Shown here piece after piece: positions 40,272 to 50,755 of a stretch of 64,000 nucleotides of DNA. A program made the translations under genes and the position numbers. This DNA comes from Nitrospirota bacterium. GTDB taxonomy: Bacteria > Nitrospirota > Thermodesulfovibrionia > Thermodesulfovibrionales > Dissulfurispiraceae. The notes beneath the pieces are model-generated. The model was given only the letters and a program-made list of their open reading frames with translations. It was not told the origin of the DNA and ran no database searches. The stretch's first letter is position 1. Every line of letters begins with the position of its first letter. The stretch lies in contig CAVPZX010000003.1 in the NCBI GenBank assembly GCA_963710375.1, positions 256,001 through 320,000 on the forward strand, written 5' to 3'.

Positions 40272-42398
40272 CTAATTATTCGCTGATACGGTGCTCGGCA
40301 ACGGGTTGAACCCTGCAGGCGGCGCAAAGTCCTGCGTCTGACCCGGCGGTAAAACCGGGGTGATCCCGATAGCCTGGCAACCGGTTCCGCCGTAGTGAGG
40401 GAACGTACTCACGACGCTTGCCGGAAGCGAGGCAAGCGAGGACGAAAGCGGAGGAGTTATTCCCTGCAGGCGGTTTTGATCAAAGCCCGACAGCAGGCTG
40501 TCGGTAATCGTCGAGTTGATGTCGCGCGGCCCAAGGTATTGCTGCGTGAACGTGGACCCGGCCGGGGCAAACTGGTTGAACATGGTGGAGTTGCCCAGAT
40601 GCAGGGCCAATTCCTCATTAGGCAGAGAGGCGAGAGGGGGCAGGCCGAAGATCGTATTGATCGTCTGTATTATTGCATTGTGGTCCCCTTCGACATGGGA
40701 GACGGAATGAGCCTTAGCGTAGGGCGAGATCATTATCAGGGGTATGCGGATCCCGCGGGAAAGTGGATAACCGTCAGGCCCGTAAGAAAGGATCCGAGGC
40801 GGGACGTGATCGTAGAATCCATCCGACTCATCGTATGTTATGATGATCAGGCTCTGGCTCCAGATATTGGGATTTGACGCCACCGCGTTTATGACATTGG
40901 CTGCCATGGCCTCGCTAAGCTGGCGGTCGGTGTAAGAAGGATGGTCGTCGTCGCCGGCCTTGGCCGCCTGGATTGTGCTGATCTGGGCCGCGGTGTAATT
41001 GGCGGTGTTACTTATGGTAGGCTTCACGCCCATCTGGTTCTGGTAGCCTCCGCGGATGTAAAAAATGCCGCCATTTGGCAGTGTCTTGTTTGTCATGTCG
41101 TTGAAGAAGTCTGTGATACCTTTGAAGCTTCCACGCTGCGAAGGGTTGTTGGCAAGATAACCGAAGTACTGGGGCCCCTGATGATGGCTGACATAGGCCA
41201 GGTGCGTGGCTGTCCCGCCGGTATCGGATGACTCGAGGTCGTAACCCTCCTGGTACCAGCGCCAGTTAACGGGAGTACTGCCGTAGGCCTGGATGTAAGG
41301 GATATCCTGCTGGATGTCGGGCGTGTCGAAAGTCGGGTTCAGGTCCTGCGCCATGTTCGCAGTGACATTTGTGCCCAACGCAGTCAGCAGCACATTTGCA
41401 AAGGTCAGGTTCACCTCAATGTTGCTGTTAGAGTAGCCGTCATTAACGTTCTTAGGCTGTATTGTTGCGAGAGGCGTCGGGTCGAACTGGGAGCCGTAAA
41501 AAGGCTGATGATCTCCAACCATCGGTGTCCCGACTGTTGTCCCCGATCCGGTTGTGCCGCTGGTAGCAGTGGCTGTATAAGTCACGCCCGGAGAGAATGT
41601 GCCGTTTGTTCCCGGATGCAAGACCCACTGTGTTTCGCCTGACTGCCCGGCTATCATTGCAACAGCATTTGGAGATGAAGGCGTATCCTCCGTGGCGAAG
41701 ATATTGTCAAAGATAGTGAAGTTGTTTGCCCACTGCCAGAAGAAAGGAATTGTATTACAGTCGATATGAGACATCACGAGACGCGCGAACTGTGTGCCCT
41801 CTGCAGCGTTCGCAGTGCCGCCCGATCTCGCAAAGCGGTTATACTCGTCATAGGAGAACTGGTCCATTTGAGCTTGCGGCGTACCATTTACGACTTTCGC
41901 GTCTATCTTGATCGGGATCCCGTTAAGAAACCCGTTGGCGGGTGTGGCGACATTATGACCGTGGTCAACACTGTCAACTACGTTGGAATTTTGTTGAGGC
42001 CCGATAAGGAACGGCGTGACCGTGACTGTGTTGCCGTTAACGTCGGTATAAGTCTGGGTATAGCCCAGCGTGTTGGCGGCTGAGCGGGGGTTCACACCGT
42101 CCGAGTACAGGCCGTTGACGCCTGGGAATGTGCCGTACTCATTGTCGAAAGAGTGGTTCTCGTTGAAGATGACAAACACATATTTGATCTTCTGCTGCAG
42201 CAGCGCCACAAGCTGGGCATTCGTCAGACTGGAGGACGATCCCGGAGGATTGAAGAATCGTGAGACCTCCTTATCGCCGCCGGGCTGGGCTGTGACGGTC
42301 GGAGTCAACTGGTCGGCTGAAGCAGCCGGGATAATGGCGGCCTGCGACAGCAAGGCTGATGCGGCCAGGGCAAGACAGAATTTTGTAAACCTTCTCAT
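40272..42398 (-). CDS. Secreted phosphoesterase-family protein (phospholipase C / acid phosphatase)
   Basis: Signal peptide; IKYVFVIFNENHSFDNEYGTFPG, ITYDESDGFYDHVPP, GIRIPLIMISPYAK. Confidence 0.9.
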   Translation of the reverse strand: MRRFTKFCLALAASALLSQAAIIPAASADQLTPTVTAQPGGDKEVSRFFNPPGSSSSLTNAQLVALLQQKIKYVFVIFNENHSFDNEYGTFPGVNGLYSDGVNPRSAANTLGYTQTYTDVNGNTVTVTPFLIGPQQNSNVVDSVDHGHNVATPANGFLNGIPIKIDAKVVNGTPQAQMDQFSYDEYNRFARSGGTANAAEGTQFARLVMSHIDCNTIPFFWQWANNFTIFDNIFATEDTPSSPNAVAMIAGQSGETQWVLHPGTNGTFSPGVTYTATATSGTTGSGTTVGTPMVGDHQPFYGSQFDPTPLATIQPKNVNDGYSNSNIEVNLTFANVLLTALGTNVTANMAQDLNPTFDTPDIQQDIPYIQAYGSTPVNWRWYQEGYDLESSDTGGTATHLAYVSHHQGPQYFGYLANNPSQRGSFKGITDFFNDMTNKTLPNGGIFYIRGGYQNQMGVKPTISNTANYTAAQISTIQAAKAGDDDHPSYTDRQLSEAMAANVINAVASNPNIWSQSLIIITYDESDGFYDHVPPRILSYGPDGYPLSRGIRIPLIMISPYAKAHSVSHVEGDHNAIIQTINTIFGLPPLASLPNEELALHLGNSTMFNQFAPAGSTFTQQYLGPRDINSTITDSLLSGFDQNRLQGITPPLSSSLASLPASVVSTFPHYGGTGCQAIGITPVLPPGQTQDFAPPAGFNPLPSTVSANN

Positions 42399-42873
42399 GG
42401 TAAACCTCCGATAATATTCTGATTTGGCTTGATTGAAATAGTATTGTTCTTCTTTCAGCGGACTTGATGTATCCTCCTTTCCTCCTTACTTATGATTTCT
42501 CAGGTTGTTGTTTGTTACAAAATTGGCCATAAATATTGTGACCGACTGCTTCCTTACGAAAATGTCACCCCCCTTTATGCAGGCCGGTTTATTAGGTATC
42601 TTTGTAAACAAGACGTGGAAATGATGTCTGGAACTAGGACTAGATTATCAGGACTCTGTTACAGGAAAATTAATTAGAAGTTACGTTTTCATTAAGAATA
42701 TTGAGTCGATAAAAACCAGTTGGTTAAAGGCAATTCTTCCAGCTCAAGTAAATACTTATTAATACATGAAGATAAAATAATCCATAAAAAATGGCCCATT
42801 GACTTGCATGTTCATGTAATGGTAGCCTTGAAAGAGTTGCCGATAGAATAATAGGATTTGGGGAGAAATCAAC

Positions 42874-43299
42874 ATGTTCCTTAGCAATCGTCTATCAAAT
42901 GAAAAAGGATTTACGCTTATAGAATTGCTCGTAGTCCTTGTCATCCTGGGGCTTTTGGCAGCACTGGTAGGTCCCCAGCTTTTCCCAAAACTGGGCAAGG
43001 GAAAACAGTCTGCTGCAAAAGCCCAGATCGAGCTGTTTGGACAGGCGCTCGACCAGTTCCGGCTGGATGTCGGGAGATACCCCACCTCTCAAGAGGGACT
43101 TGCTGCACTGGTAACCAATTCCGGCATTGATAAATGGGAGGGGCCGTATCTTAAAAAGGGGTTGCCGAACGATCCCTGGGGAAGGCCATACATTTACACT
43201 TGCCCGGGCACTCATGGGGAATACGATATTGTTTCCTATGGCAGAGACGGTAATCCCGGCGGCGAGGGCGAAGACAAGGATGTTGTAAGTTGGGAATAG
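42874..43299 (+). CDS. gspG: T2SS-1 major pseudopilin
   Basis: G|FTLIELLVV, LDQFRLDVGRYP, DPWGRPY. Confidence 0.95.
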   Translation: MFLSNRLSNEKGFTLIELLVVLVILGLLAALVGPQLFPKLGKGKQSAAKAQIELFGQALDQFRLDVGRYPTSQEGLAALVTNSGIDKWEGPYLKKGLPNDPWGRPYIYTCPGTHGEYDIVSYGRDGNPGGEGEDKDVVSWE

Positions 43300-43331
43300 T
43301 TTTGCTTACTACCGGTATGTAAAGACCGTCA

Positions 43332-44846
43332 ATGATAAAAGATATACCCTATGTAAAACTGGAGGATATGCCTAAGGTCCCATTTGTCTATAACGGCATA
43401 TCCTCCCGTTTTATCCGCGAAAACAGGATAGTTCTTCTCGACTTCAAAAATAATATACTCAGCGTGGCAATGGCAAATCCCGAAGACAGCTCAACCATCG
43501 ATGCGCTCAGGGTTGCAACGTCCGCAAATATAAAAGTCTTCGGTATCGATGCCGCCGTTTTAGAAGAATACTCATCCAAACTTTATGGGCAGGAATCTCA
43601 GAATATTAACAGGATTATCGAGGAGATCGGCGACAAGAGCGGACTTGAGTTCCTCAGGGATGATGAGGAAGACGTCGGTCATCTTAAAGACCTGGCCTCC
43701 GAGGCCCCTATAATCAAATTGGTCAACATGATAATTGTAAGGGCTGTCGAAAACAGGGCCAGCGATATACACATCGAACCTTTTGAGGATGAACTGAAAG
43801 TCAGGTACCGCATCGACGGTATCCTTCATGATATAGAGTCGGTGCCCAAAAGGCTGCAGGCGGCTATCACCTCGAGAATAAAGCTTACTGCAAAGCTGAA
43901 TATCGCCGAGCGGCGATTGCCGCAGGACGGCCGCATTCGGCTTAAAGTCGGCGAAAAAGAGATCGATTTGCGCATCTCCACCGTACCGGTTCTCTACGGT
44001 GAAAGCGTGGTGATGAGGATCCTTGATAAAGAGAGTGTTATCGTAGACCTTGAGCGTCTCGGCTTCTTCCCTGAAACGCTTCACGCTTTTGAGCAGCTGA
44101 TCAGCAAGCCGAACGGCATCATACTGGTCACCGGACCGACCGGGAGCGGGAAGACCACAACGCTTTACGGCGCCCTGGACAAGATAAACTCCCCTGATAA
44201 AAAGATCATCACTGTTGAAGACCCGGTAGAATACCAGCTCAAGGGAATCAACCAGATACAGGTCAAGCCTCAAATAGGTCTGAATTTTTCGAATACGCTC
44301 CGGCACATTGTCCGGCAGGACCCTGACGTCATTATGATAGGAGAAACCAGGGACCTTGAAACGGCCCAGATAGCCATACAGGCTGCCCTCACCGGTCATC
44401 TCGTCTTCTCAACACTGCACACTAATGACGCACCCAGCGCAATCACGAGGCTCCACGACATGGGGGTAGAGCGTTTTTTACTTTCTTCCACCATTCGCGG
44501 CATTCTCGCCCAGAGACTTGTGCGTGCAATCTGTCCATCATGCAAAGAGCCTGATACCGCATCGGCCGGGGCGGAGCGCGATACGCTCCATATCCAGGGG
44601 GCGTACAGAAGCAACGGATGCGAGCAATGCGCCTTTACCGGCTACCGTGGCAGGATAGGAATATTTGAACTCATTGTGGTGGATGATGACCTGCGTAATC
44701 TTATTATGCAGGATGTTGATTCAAACAAGATCAGGGAATTGGCGCGGCGCAATGGTATGAAGACATTGCTTGAAGATGGCACAGAAAAGATAAAGGCCGG
44801 CATAACTACTCTCGGCGAACTGCTCAGGGTAACGCAGGACGGCTGA
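43332..44846 (+). CDS. gspE: T2SS-1 ATPase
   Basis: [28 protein letters not shown], CxxC...CxxC. Confidence 0.95.
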   Translation: MIKDIPYVKLEDMPKVPFVYNGISSRFIRENRIVLLDFKNNILSVAMANPEDSSTIDALRVATSANIKVFGIDAAVLEEYSSKLYGQESQNINRIIEEIGDKSGLEFLRDDEEDVGHLKDLASEAPIIKLVNMIIVRAVENRASDIHIEPFEDELKVRYRIDGILHDIESVPKRLQAAITSRIKLTAKLNIAERRLPQDGRIRLKVGEKEIDLRISTVPVLYGESVVMRILDKESVIVDLERLGFFPETLHAFEQLISKPNGIILVTGPTGSGKTTTLYGALDKINSPDKKIITVEDPVEYQLKGINQIQVKPQIGLNFSNTLRHIVRQDPDVIMIGETRDLETAQIAIQAALTGHLVFSTLHTNDAPSAITRLHDMGVERFLLSSTIRGILAQRLVRAICPSCKEPDTASAGAERDTLHIQGAYRSNGCEQCAFTGYRGRIGIFELIVVDDDLRNLIMQDVDSNKIRELARRNGMKTLLEDGTEKIKAGITTLGELLRVTQDG

Positions 44847-46039
44847 TGGCAATTTTCTCCTACAGGGCGACATCCCGCGACGGTGCAATCAGCGGCGGGT
44901 TCATCGAAGCGCTGGATGAAGCCGCGGCCCTTGAGCAGCTCAAGTCATCCGGCGTTATCCCGTTAAAGATACTTGCCCAGTCAGAAGATAAAAAAAAACG
45001 GTTTTCCCTGCGCTCCTCAGGGGCCGATCTCGGAATCTTTACCACTGAACTCTCTGCGTTGCTCAATGCGGGCCTCCCGCTTGACAGGAGCCTCAGTATA
45101 TTGTCCGAAATATCCGGGAGCGGAGAGATGAAACGGGTTACGCAATCCATTGTCAAATCGATTCGTGAGGGAAGCTCTTTTTCTGATGCCCTGCAGCGCC
45201 AGCCCGACGTTTTTCCAAGACTTTATGTGAACATGATACGGGCTGGGGAGGCCGGGGGTGTTGTAAATGTGGTACTCGATAAATTAAATGAATTTCTGGA
45301 GTCGTCCAAAGAATTAAAAGACAGCATAGTTTCCGCGATGATCTATCCTGTGATACTGATATTCACAGGCGGCGCATCAGTCGTGGTCCTCCTCACTTAT
45401 GTGCTTCCCAAGTTTACGGTCATATTTAAAGAACTGGGGACCTCTCTGCCCCTTCCAACTCAGATACTGCTCATCGTCAGTGATATTTTAAGATCATACT
45501 GGTGGATTGTTGCATCAGCGGCGGCAGCAGTGTGGATTATATTCAAGAGTTATATTAAATCAGCCAAAGGCAGATATAAATTCGATGCGTTCAAACTTAA
45601 ACTTATGAGGGATATCATCACAAAAATAGAGACCGCCCGCTTTTGCAGGACGCTGGGGACGCTCCTCCAGAGCGGGGTCCCGTTGCTTCAGGCAATGTCC
45701 AATGCAAAGGATGTAATAAACAACCAGGTTATCGCCTCTTCCATCGATGCCGTATCCAAAGGCGCCAGGGAAGGGAAGGGCATTGCTGAGCCGCTTGCCG
45801 CCGCGCAGGTGTTTCCGCAACTCGCGCTCTCGATGGTCAAGGTAGGGGAAGAAACAGGGCAATTGGATACAATGCTGCTGAAGGTTGCCGCCGCATATGA
45901 GAAAAGCCTTAAAGCCTCAGTCAAGCGGCTTATCAGCTTTATGGAACCTGCCATGATCCTTGGAATGGGCCTGGTGATCGGGTTTATAGTAATCTCAATG
46001 CTGATGGCGATATTCAGCATAACAGATCTTCCGTTTTAG
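44846..46039 (+). CDS. gspF: T2SS-1 inner-membrane platform protein
   Basis: AGLPL..SL, AGEAGG, MIYP, VGEETG, EP; three TM segments. Confidence 0.95.
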   Translation: MAIFSYRATSRDGAISGGFIEALDEAAALEQLKSSGVIPLKILAQSEDKKKRFSLRSSGADLGIFTTELSALLNAGLPLDRSLSILSEISGSGEMKRVTQSIVKSIREGSSFSDALQRQPDVFPRLYVNMIRAGEAGGVVNVVLDKLNEFLESSKELKDSIVSAMIYPVILIFTGGASVVVLLTYVLPKFTVIFKELGTSLPLPTQILLIVSDILRSYWWIVASAAAAVWIIFKSYIKSAKGRYKFDAFKLKLMRDIITKIETARFCRTLGTLLQSGVPLLQAMSNAKDVINNQVIASSIDAVSKGAREGKGIAEPLAAAQVFPQLALSMVKVGEETGQLDTMLLKVAAAYEKSLKASVKRLISFMEPAMILGMGLVIGFIVISMLMAIFSITDLPF

Positions 46040-46043
46040 CTGG

Positions 46044-46508
46044 GTGTTTCAGGTGGCCCGCTCAGATTGCCCATCTATCAATAGACAAGGTTTTACGCTC
46101 CTCGAATTGATGATCGTGCTTTTTCTCATTTCGCTCATAATGGGACTCTCGGCGGTTTATTTTTCCAACGCAATGCCGTCAACCAAGCTTAATGCTGCAG
46201 TCAGGGAACTGTCTGCAACGATCCGTTATGCCCGAACACTTGCAATGATCGACGGCAAGCTCCAGACATTAAACATTGACCTCGATGCAAAAAGATACGG
46301 CATAGAAGGGCGCGGGTATAAAGACATCGATTCCGGGATAACAATAATGGCGCTCGATCCTTTTGCAGGAGAGGTGCGCAATGGAACATACCGTCTTATG
46401 TTTCAAGCGTCAGGAGGGGTGCAGGGAGGGACGATTGTCCTGGGCAGCGGGAAAAAGAAAGTCAGTATCGGACTTGATCCGGTTGTAGGATCAGTGGTAG
46501 TGAAATGA
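46044..46508 (+). CDS. gspH: T2SS-1 minor pseudopilin H
   Basis: G|FTLLELMIVL; operon position. Confidence 0.85.
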   Translation: MFQVARSDCPSINRQGFTLLELMIVLFLISLIMGLSAVYFSNAMPSTKLNAAVRELSATIRYARTLAMIDGKLQTLNIDLDAKRYGIEGRGYKDIDSGITIMALDPFAGEVRNGTYRLMFQASGGVQGGTIVLGSGKKKVSIGLDPVVGSVVVK

Positions 46509-47071
46509 ATAATGTAAAGGGCTCGCGAATAAATAGCTTGTGCATTCAGGCGCTCAGATTTAGGTCAGATTTGGCTGATCCGACTGAGCAAAACCGCAGG
46601 CGTAGCAGAGCTACGTTGAGGATTTTGCGATTGAGGATCGGGCAAAGATGGCCTGAATCTGAGATGCATCAATGTGCAAGTTATTTATTCGCGAGCCCAG
46701 AAGGCTTTACGCTTCTTGAAATCCTTGTTGCACTCGCCCTGCTGAGCATAGCCTTACTGGTTATAGTGCAGCTTTTCTCCGCTGACCTGCGAGGCATATC
46801 TGTCTCGGACGATTACGTCGTTGCTGTTGCGACTGCAGAGTCCAGGATGAGGGAACTGCTTGACGATGATAAGCTTTCCGAGAAGAACTTGAGCGAGTAT
46901 ACCGATGATGGATACCGGATAGATACCTCTGTGAAAGAGTCGCTCACGGACAGGACCGAAAACTTACAGGTCAGAATCTTTGATATAGGACTAGCCGTTC
47001 ATTGGAGAAAATGGGGACGGGACAGGTCTGTCACCCTTAGGACCCTGAAAGTAATGAAGAAGGAACTATAA
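46505..47071 (+). CDS. gspI: T2SS-1 minor pseudopilin I with a 60-aa MITE-derived insert in its leader
   Basis: G|FTLLEILVALALL preceded by a 67-aa leader; ATG overlaps the gspH stop. Confidence 0.85.
   Translation: MNNVKGSRINSLCIQALRFRSDLADPTEQNRRRSRATLRILRLRIGQRWPESEMHQCASYLFASPEGFTLLEILVALALLSIALLVIVQLFSADLRGISVSDDYVVAVATAESRMRELLDDDKLSEKNLSEYTDDGYRIDTSVKESLTDRTENLQVRIFDIGLAVHWRKWGRDRSVTLRTLKVMKKEL
46519..46698. mobile_element. MITE-like element, family B, in frame within the gspI leader
   Basis: 180 bp with TIR gggctcgcgaataaata; reverse complement of 21926-22105; no stop codon in the gspI frame. Confidence 0.92.
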
Positions 47072-47716
47072 ATGCTTTCGACAAACCCTAATCGGGAACA
47101 TGGCTTTACGCTCCTTGAGTTGATGATATCCATTACTTTGATCGTGTTTATCCTTCTGATTGCAGGCACGGCCATCCGGCTTGGGTTGCGGTCGGTAGAC
47201 TCCGGAGAAAAGAGGATCGAATCACTCGAAAGATTCAGGGCCTCGCTAAATATCATTGATGCCCAGGTACAATCAGAACTGACGGTGCCGATGCAGGAAA
47301 ACGCCGGGAAGCACATCGTATTTCTGGGTGACGGCGAATCTATGCAATTCCCAAGCAATTTTTCCCTGTGGGGCAATCAGCCGGGATATGTTACCGTGTC
47401 GTATAAGGTGGCGCAGGACCAGTGGGGGAAACAGGACCTGTATGTTGAAGAAAGCGGCATAGGCGTTTCAGGCAAGGGGGAGGTGAAGCTCTTCGAGTTT
47501 TTTGACCGGATTTATTTTGATTATTTCTACAAAGATCCCAAAGAAGAAAAGGGCAGTTGGGTCGAAGAATGGACAACTACCGACGCTGTGCCTGAGAAGA
47601 TCCGTCTGCATCTTGTCAACGGAGAACGGGAAATGTCGTTTATCATTCCTATGAAAATGAGGGACCTCATCGTCAGGGCCGGTGCTGTTGCAGGGGCCAA
47701 TGCAGGGAGCCACTAG
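47072..47716 (+). CDS. gspJ: T2SS-1 minor pseudopilin J
   Basis: G|FTLLELMISI; C-terminal W.EEW....P..IRL. Confidence 0.85.
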   Translation: MLSTNPNREHGFTLLELMISITLIVFILLIAGTAIRLGLRSVDSGEKRIESLERFRASLNIIDAQVQSELTVPMQENAGKHIVFLGDGESMQFPSNFSLWGNQPGYVTVSYKVAQDQWGKQDLYVEESGIGVSGKGEVKLFEFFDRIYFDYFYKDPKEEKGSWVEEWTTTDAVPEKIRLHLVNGEREMSFIIPMKMRDLIVRAGAVAGANAGSH

Positions 47717-48672
47717 TGATAATGAAAGGTTTTTATAGCACGCAAAAAGGCCTGGCGTTATTTGTGGTCTTGTGGGTACTGGCCCTTCTGATGGTCACTG
47801 TACTCTCTTTCTCTTTTGTGACGAGGACAGAAACACATGCAACCCTTGGGTTCAAAGATACGGCGGAAAGGAAGTTCCTGGCCGAGGCCGGTATTGAACG
47901 GGCGATTATCGAGATTCTTTACCGCCAAAAAAATATGGCTAATCCGATAACCCTGGAGGGTCCTGAACCCTGGAAGGCTGACGGTACTGTGTATAGCGGA
48001 CAGTTGGGTGAAGGGTCTTATACAGTAAGCATTGTGGGAGAGGCCGGCAAATTAGATATTAATAAGGCGCCTGAGGTATTATTTAAAAACCTGCTTTTAA
48101 ACGCCGGGGTCAAGGAGGATGAAGCCGATATAATAGCGGACTCTGTAATGGATTGGAAAGACCCCAGTGGCTTGACGCGCCTCCACGGCGCCGGGAGCGA
48201 TTATTATTTGTCGCTGCCGGTCCCCTATAATATTAAGGGAGCTGATTTTGATACGCTCGAGGAGCTTCTGCTTGTGAAGGGAGTGACTCCTGCCTTACTT
48301 TATGGAGACAGCACTAAAAAAGGTATTATCGATTCCCTCACCGTGAATGGGTTGCCGGTAATTAATCTCAATTATGCGCCGAAGGAGGTTTTAATGGCTG
48401 TTCCAGAAATGGCTGCTGATACAGCTGATAATATAATCCAGTTCCGGCACGATCAAACCATACAGAATGTCCAGGAGGCCCTGGTGGGCGCCAATTACCA
48501 GCTGATGGCCCCTTTTATCACTGCAGGGGAAGGGAATGTCTTTACTATAGATTCGGTAGGGCACAAAGGAAACGAAAAAACAGGTTATCCTATCAGGGCA
48601 ACTGTAATGATAGAAAGTGTTAACAAATACAGATATCTGTATTACAAATCCCCAGCATACAAAGAACAATAA
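47716..48672 (+). CDS. gspK: T2SS-1 minor pseudopilin K
   Basis: G|LALFVVLW (no E5), E.GKLDIN, IADSVMDW, EELLLVKG, INLN.A. Confidence 0.9.
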   Translation: MIMKGFYSTQKGLALFVVLWVLALLMVTVLSFSFVTRTETHATLGFKDTAERKFLAEAGIERAIIEILYRQKNMANPITLEGPEPWKADGTVYSGQLGEGSYTVSIVGEAGKLDINKAPEVLFKNLLLNAGVKEDEADIIADSVMDWKDPSGLTRLHGAGSDYYLSLPVPYNIKGADFDTLEELLLVKGVTPALLYGDSTKKGIIDSLTVNGLPVINLNYAPKEVLMAVPEMAADTADNIIQFRHDQTIQNVQEALVGANYQLMAPFITAGEGNVFTIDSVGHKGNEKTGYPIRATVMIESVNKYRYLYYKSPAYKEQ

Positions 48673-48679
48673 GAGAGAA

Positions 48680-50217
48680 ATGGAAGCTATAAGAAAAATA
48701 ACTTCATTTGTCTTTGACACAGCCTCCGGGGTGAAGAAAATTACCATCCCCTTAAGGAATGCGCTTACGTTCAGTGCCGCTGATGAACGTATATCATACA
48801 AGAAAGAGCTTTGCGTAGCCATTGAAAAGACCGGCGTGTCCTTAGCATACGGGACGCGGTTCTTATCATCCCTCTCGGTCAAAGGGATGAGGCATTACCA
48901 TTACTCGTCTGCTGAGCATGCCTACCCTCAGCCAAAAGAAGCGGCATCGTCAGTAGTATTGGCCATTAGCGAATTCGGTGCTGTGGGGGCCGGTATTATT
49001 CTAAGCATTCCCAAATCCTGGGCAATTGTAAGAATCGTTGAATTTCCAGTAACGGTCAAGGAGAATATATCGGATGTCGTTACCTATGAGCTGGACCGGC
49101 TTTTCCCTTTCAGCCCCGAAGAGGCTTTTTATGACTTCATCATAACCGGCGAAACTCCTGATAATATCACTTTGGCCATTGCCGCATCAAAGGCTGATCT
49201 GATCAAATCCTATTGTGCAGCTCTTGCAGATGAGAGACTCAGTGTGGACAGGGTCACTTTAAACCTCACTTCCATAGGGTCATTGTGCCGCTCTCTCCAC
49301 AAAAATAGAGATGCCCTCTTTATCGAAACCGATAGCGATGAATATGAGGGCGCACTGTTCCTTGACACTCCCTGGCAGGGGTTGTGAGCGGCAGGTTTTC
49401 TGCTGATGACGATGCATCAAGGGCCGACATAATTTCGGCTGAGATGAGACCGCTTATCGATACCGCAAAAAGGCGTGATAACGACCCTCGTCTGTTTGCC
49501 CTGCTGCGTGGCTCCCCCGCCTTAAAAGAAAGACTCAGGACATCTCTTGCATTTCCCGTATCGCTCCTTGATGAGATTGATACCGGGCTCGGCCTCAGTT
49601 CCGGGCAAAAGAATGTCCTTTACGCGGCAGCAGGCGGTGTGATGGAATCGTTGCAGCCGGGACACCAAAAGCTGAATCTCCTCTCAAGGGGCCTGCATGA
49701 GAGAGCAAAAACACCTATGGGATTGACAGCCGTGCTTGTGGCGCTTTTAATGGTGTTATGGATAATGTGCGAGCTTGCGCCAATACGGGTTGAAACAAAA
49801 CGACTCAGGGAAATTGAGGGCCAGATAAAAATCCGCAAGAGCGGAATGAAGGATTGGGAAACGCTCAAAAACCAAATAGATGCCATCAACAGTGAGGTTG
49901 AAACAATCAACGGCTTTAAGGAAAACAGGCCGATGACACTGACTATTCTCAAAGAGCTCACTGAAGTACTACCTAGATCGGCGTGGCTGACAAGAGTGAA
50001 CATTGGCCAATCAACGGTCAACATCGAAGGCTATTCAACAAGCTCCGCCTCGGAACTCCTGTCAAGGCTTGAGGCATCAAAACATCTGGGAAAGGCTGAA
50101 TTTGCCTCTCCCACATTCAGGGATGTTCGTATGATGGCAGACCGCTTTAACATAAAAATGGAGATAAGGGGAGCCAAAGAAATGAAAGTGGCGCCGCATA
50201 AAGATGATAAAAAGTAA
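48680..50217 (+). CDS. gspL: T2SS-1 GspL / PilM-PilN-like protein (-1 frameshift at ~49370)
   Basis: FP..VKEN...V.YELDR.FPF in the first ORF; LNLL + TM + PilN-like domain in the second. Adding one C at 49370-49372 joins them (DTPLAGVVSG). Confidence 0.75.
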
Positions 50218-50755
50218 ACTGCTGGTCTTTGCAATTCCACTGATGACGATACTCTTCATTCTTGTAGTGTACCGGTACGGCTACCAGGGAATACATGCAG
50301 AGGTGGCCTCCCTGAAAGATGCCGAGGTATCCAGAACCAAAACGCTCGCGAAATATATGGCTCTTTTTGGGGAAAAACCGGAGATGGAGAAGCAACTGGC
50401 CTCACTGAAAGAGGAACGAAGGGCGGATAACTCAAAGCTTGTAGAAGGCCAGACTCCGTCAATCGCGGCAGCAGCACTACAGGAGACTGTAAACCAAATG
50501 ATTACCGCCCCGGGGGGGACCATCTTAAGCCAGCGGGTAGGGAAGCCTGAGACATTCGGCAAATTCACACTGATAACTATCAGCATGGATATAACACTGC
50601 CCGACGTACGGGCACTGGCAGATATTCTATATACCATCGAGACGCGGACTCCTTACCTCGTTGTAAAAGAAATTGATGTGCGGGTCGCTAACTTTAAAGA
50701 ACCTAAGTCGCTGGCGGTCAAGCTGGACATATCAGCGCTTACAAGCAGGAAATGA
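50204..50755 (+). CDS. gspM: T2SS-1 GspM / PilO-like protein
   Basis: N-terminal TM, AAAALQ, L..ILY.IE...PYL.V; position after gspL. Confidence 0.75.
   Translation: MIKSKLLVFAIPLMTILFILVVYRYGYQGIHAEVASLKDAEVSRTKTLAKYMALFGEKPEMEKQLASLKEERRADNSKLVEGQTPSIAAAALQETVNQMITAPGGTILSQRVGKPETFGKFTLITISMDITLPDVRALADILYTIETRTPYLVVKEIDVRVANFKEPKSLAVKLDISALTSRK

Noticed and set aside
42380..42398. Tat signal (MRRF) on the phosphoesterase
   Set aside because: The twin Arg lacks the S/T-R-R-x-F-L-K context; it reads equally well as a Sec n-region, so the export route is left unresolved
46047..46068. ttcagg...cgctcagatt in the gspH-1 leader as a family-B remnant
   Set aside because: Only about 10 contiguous matching bases, internal rather than terminal; compatible with chance
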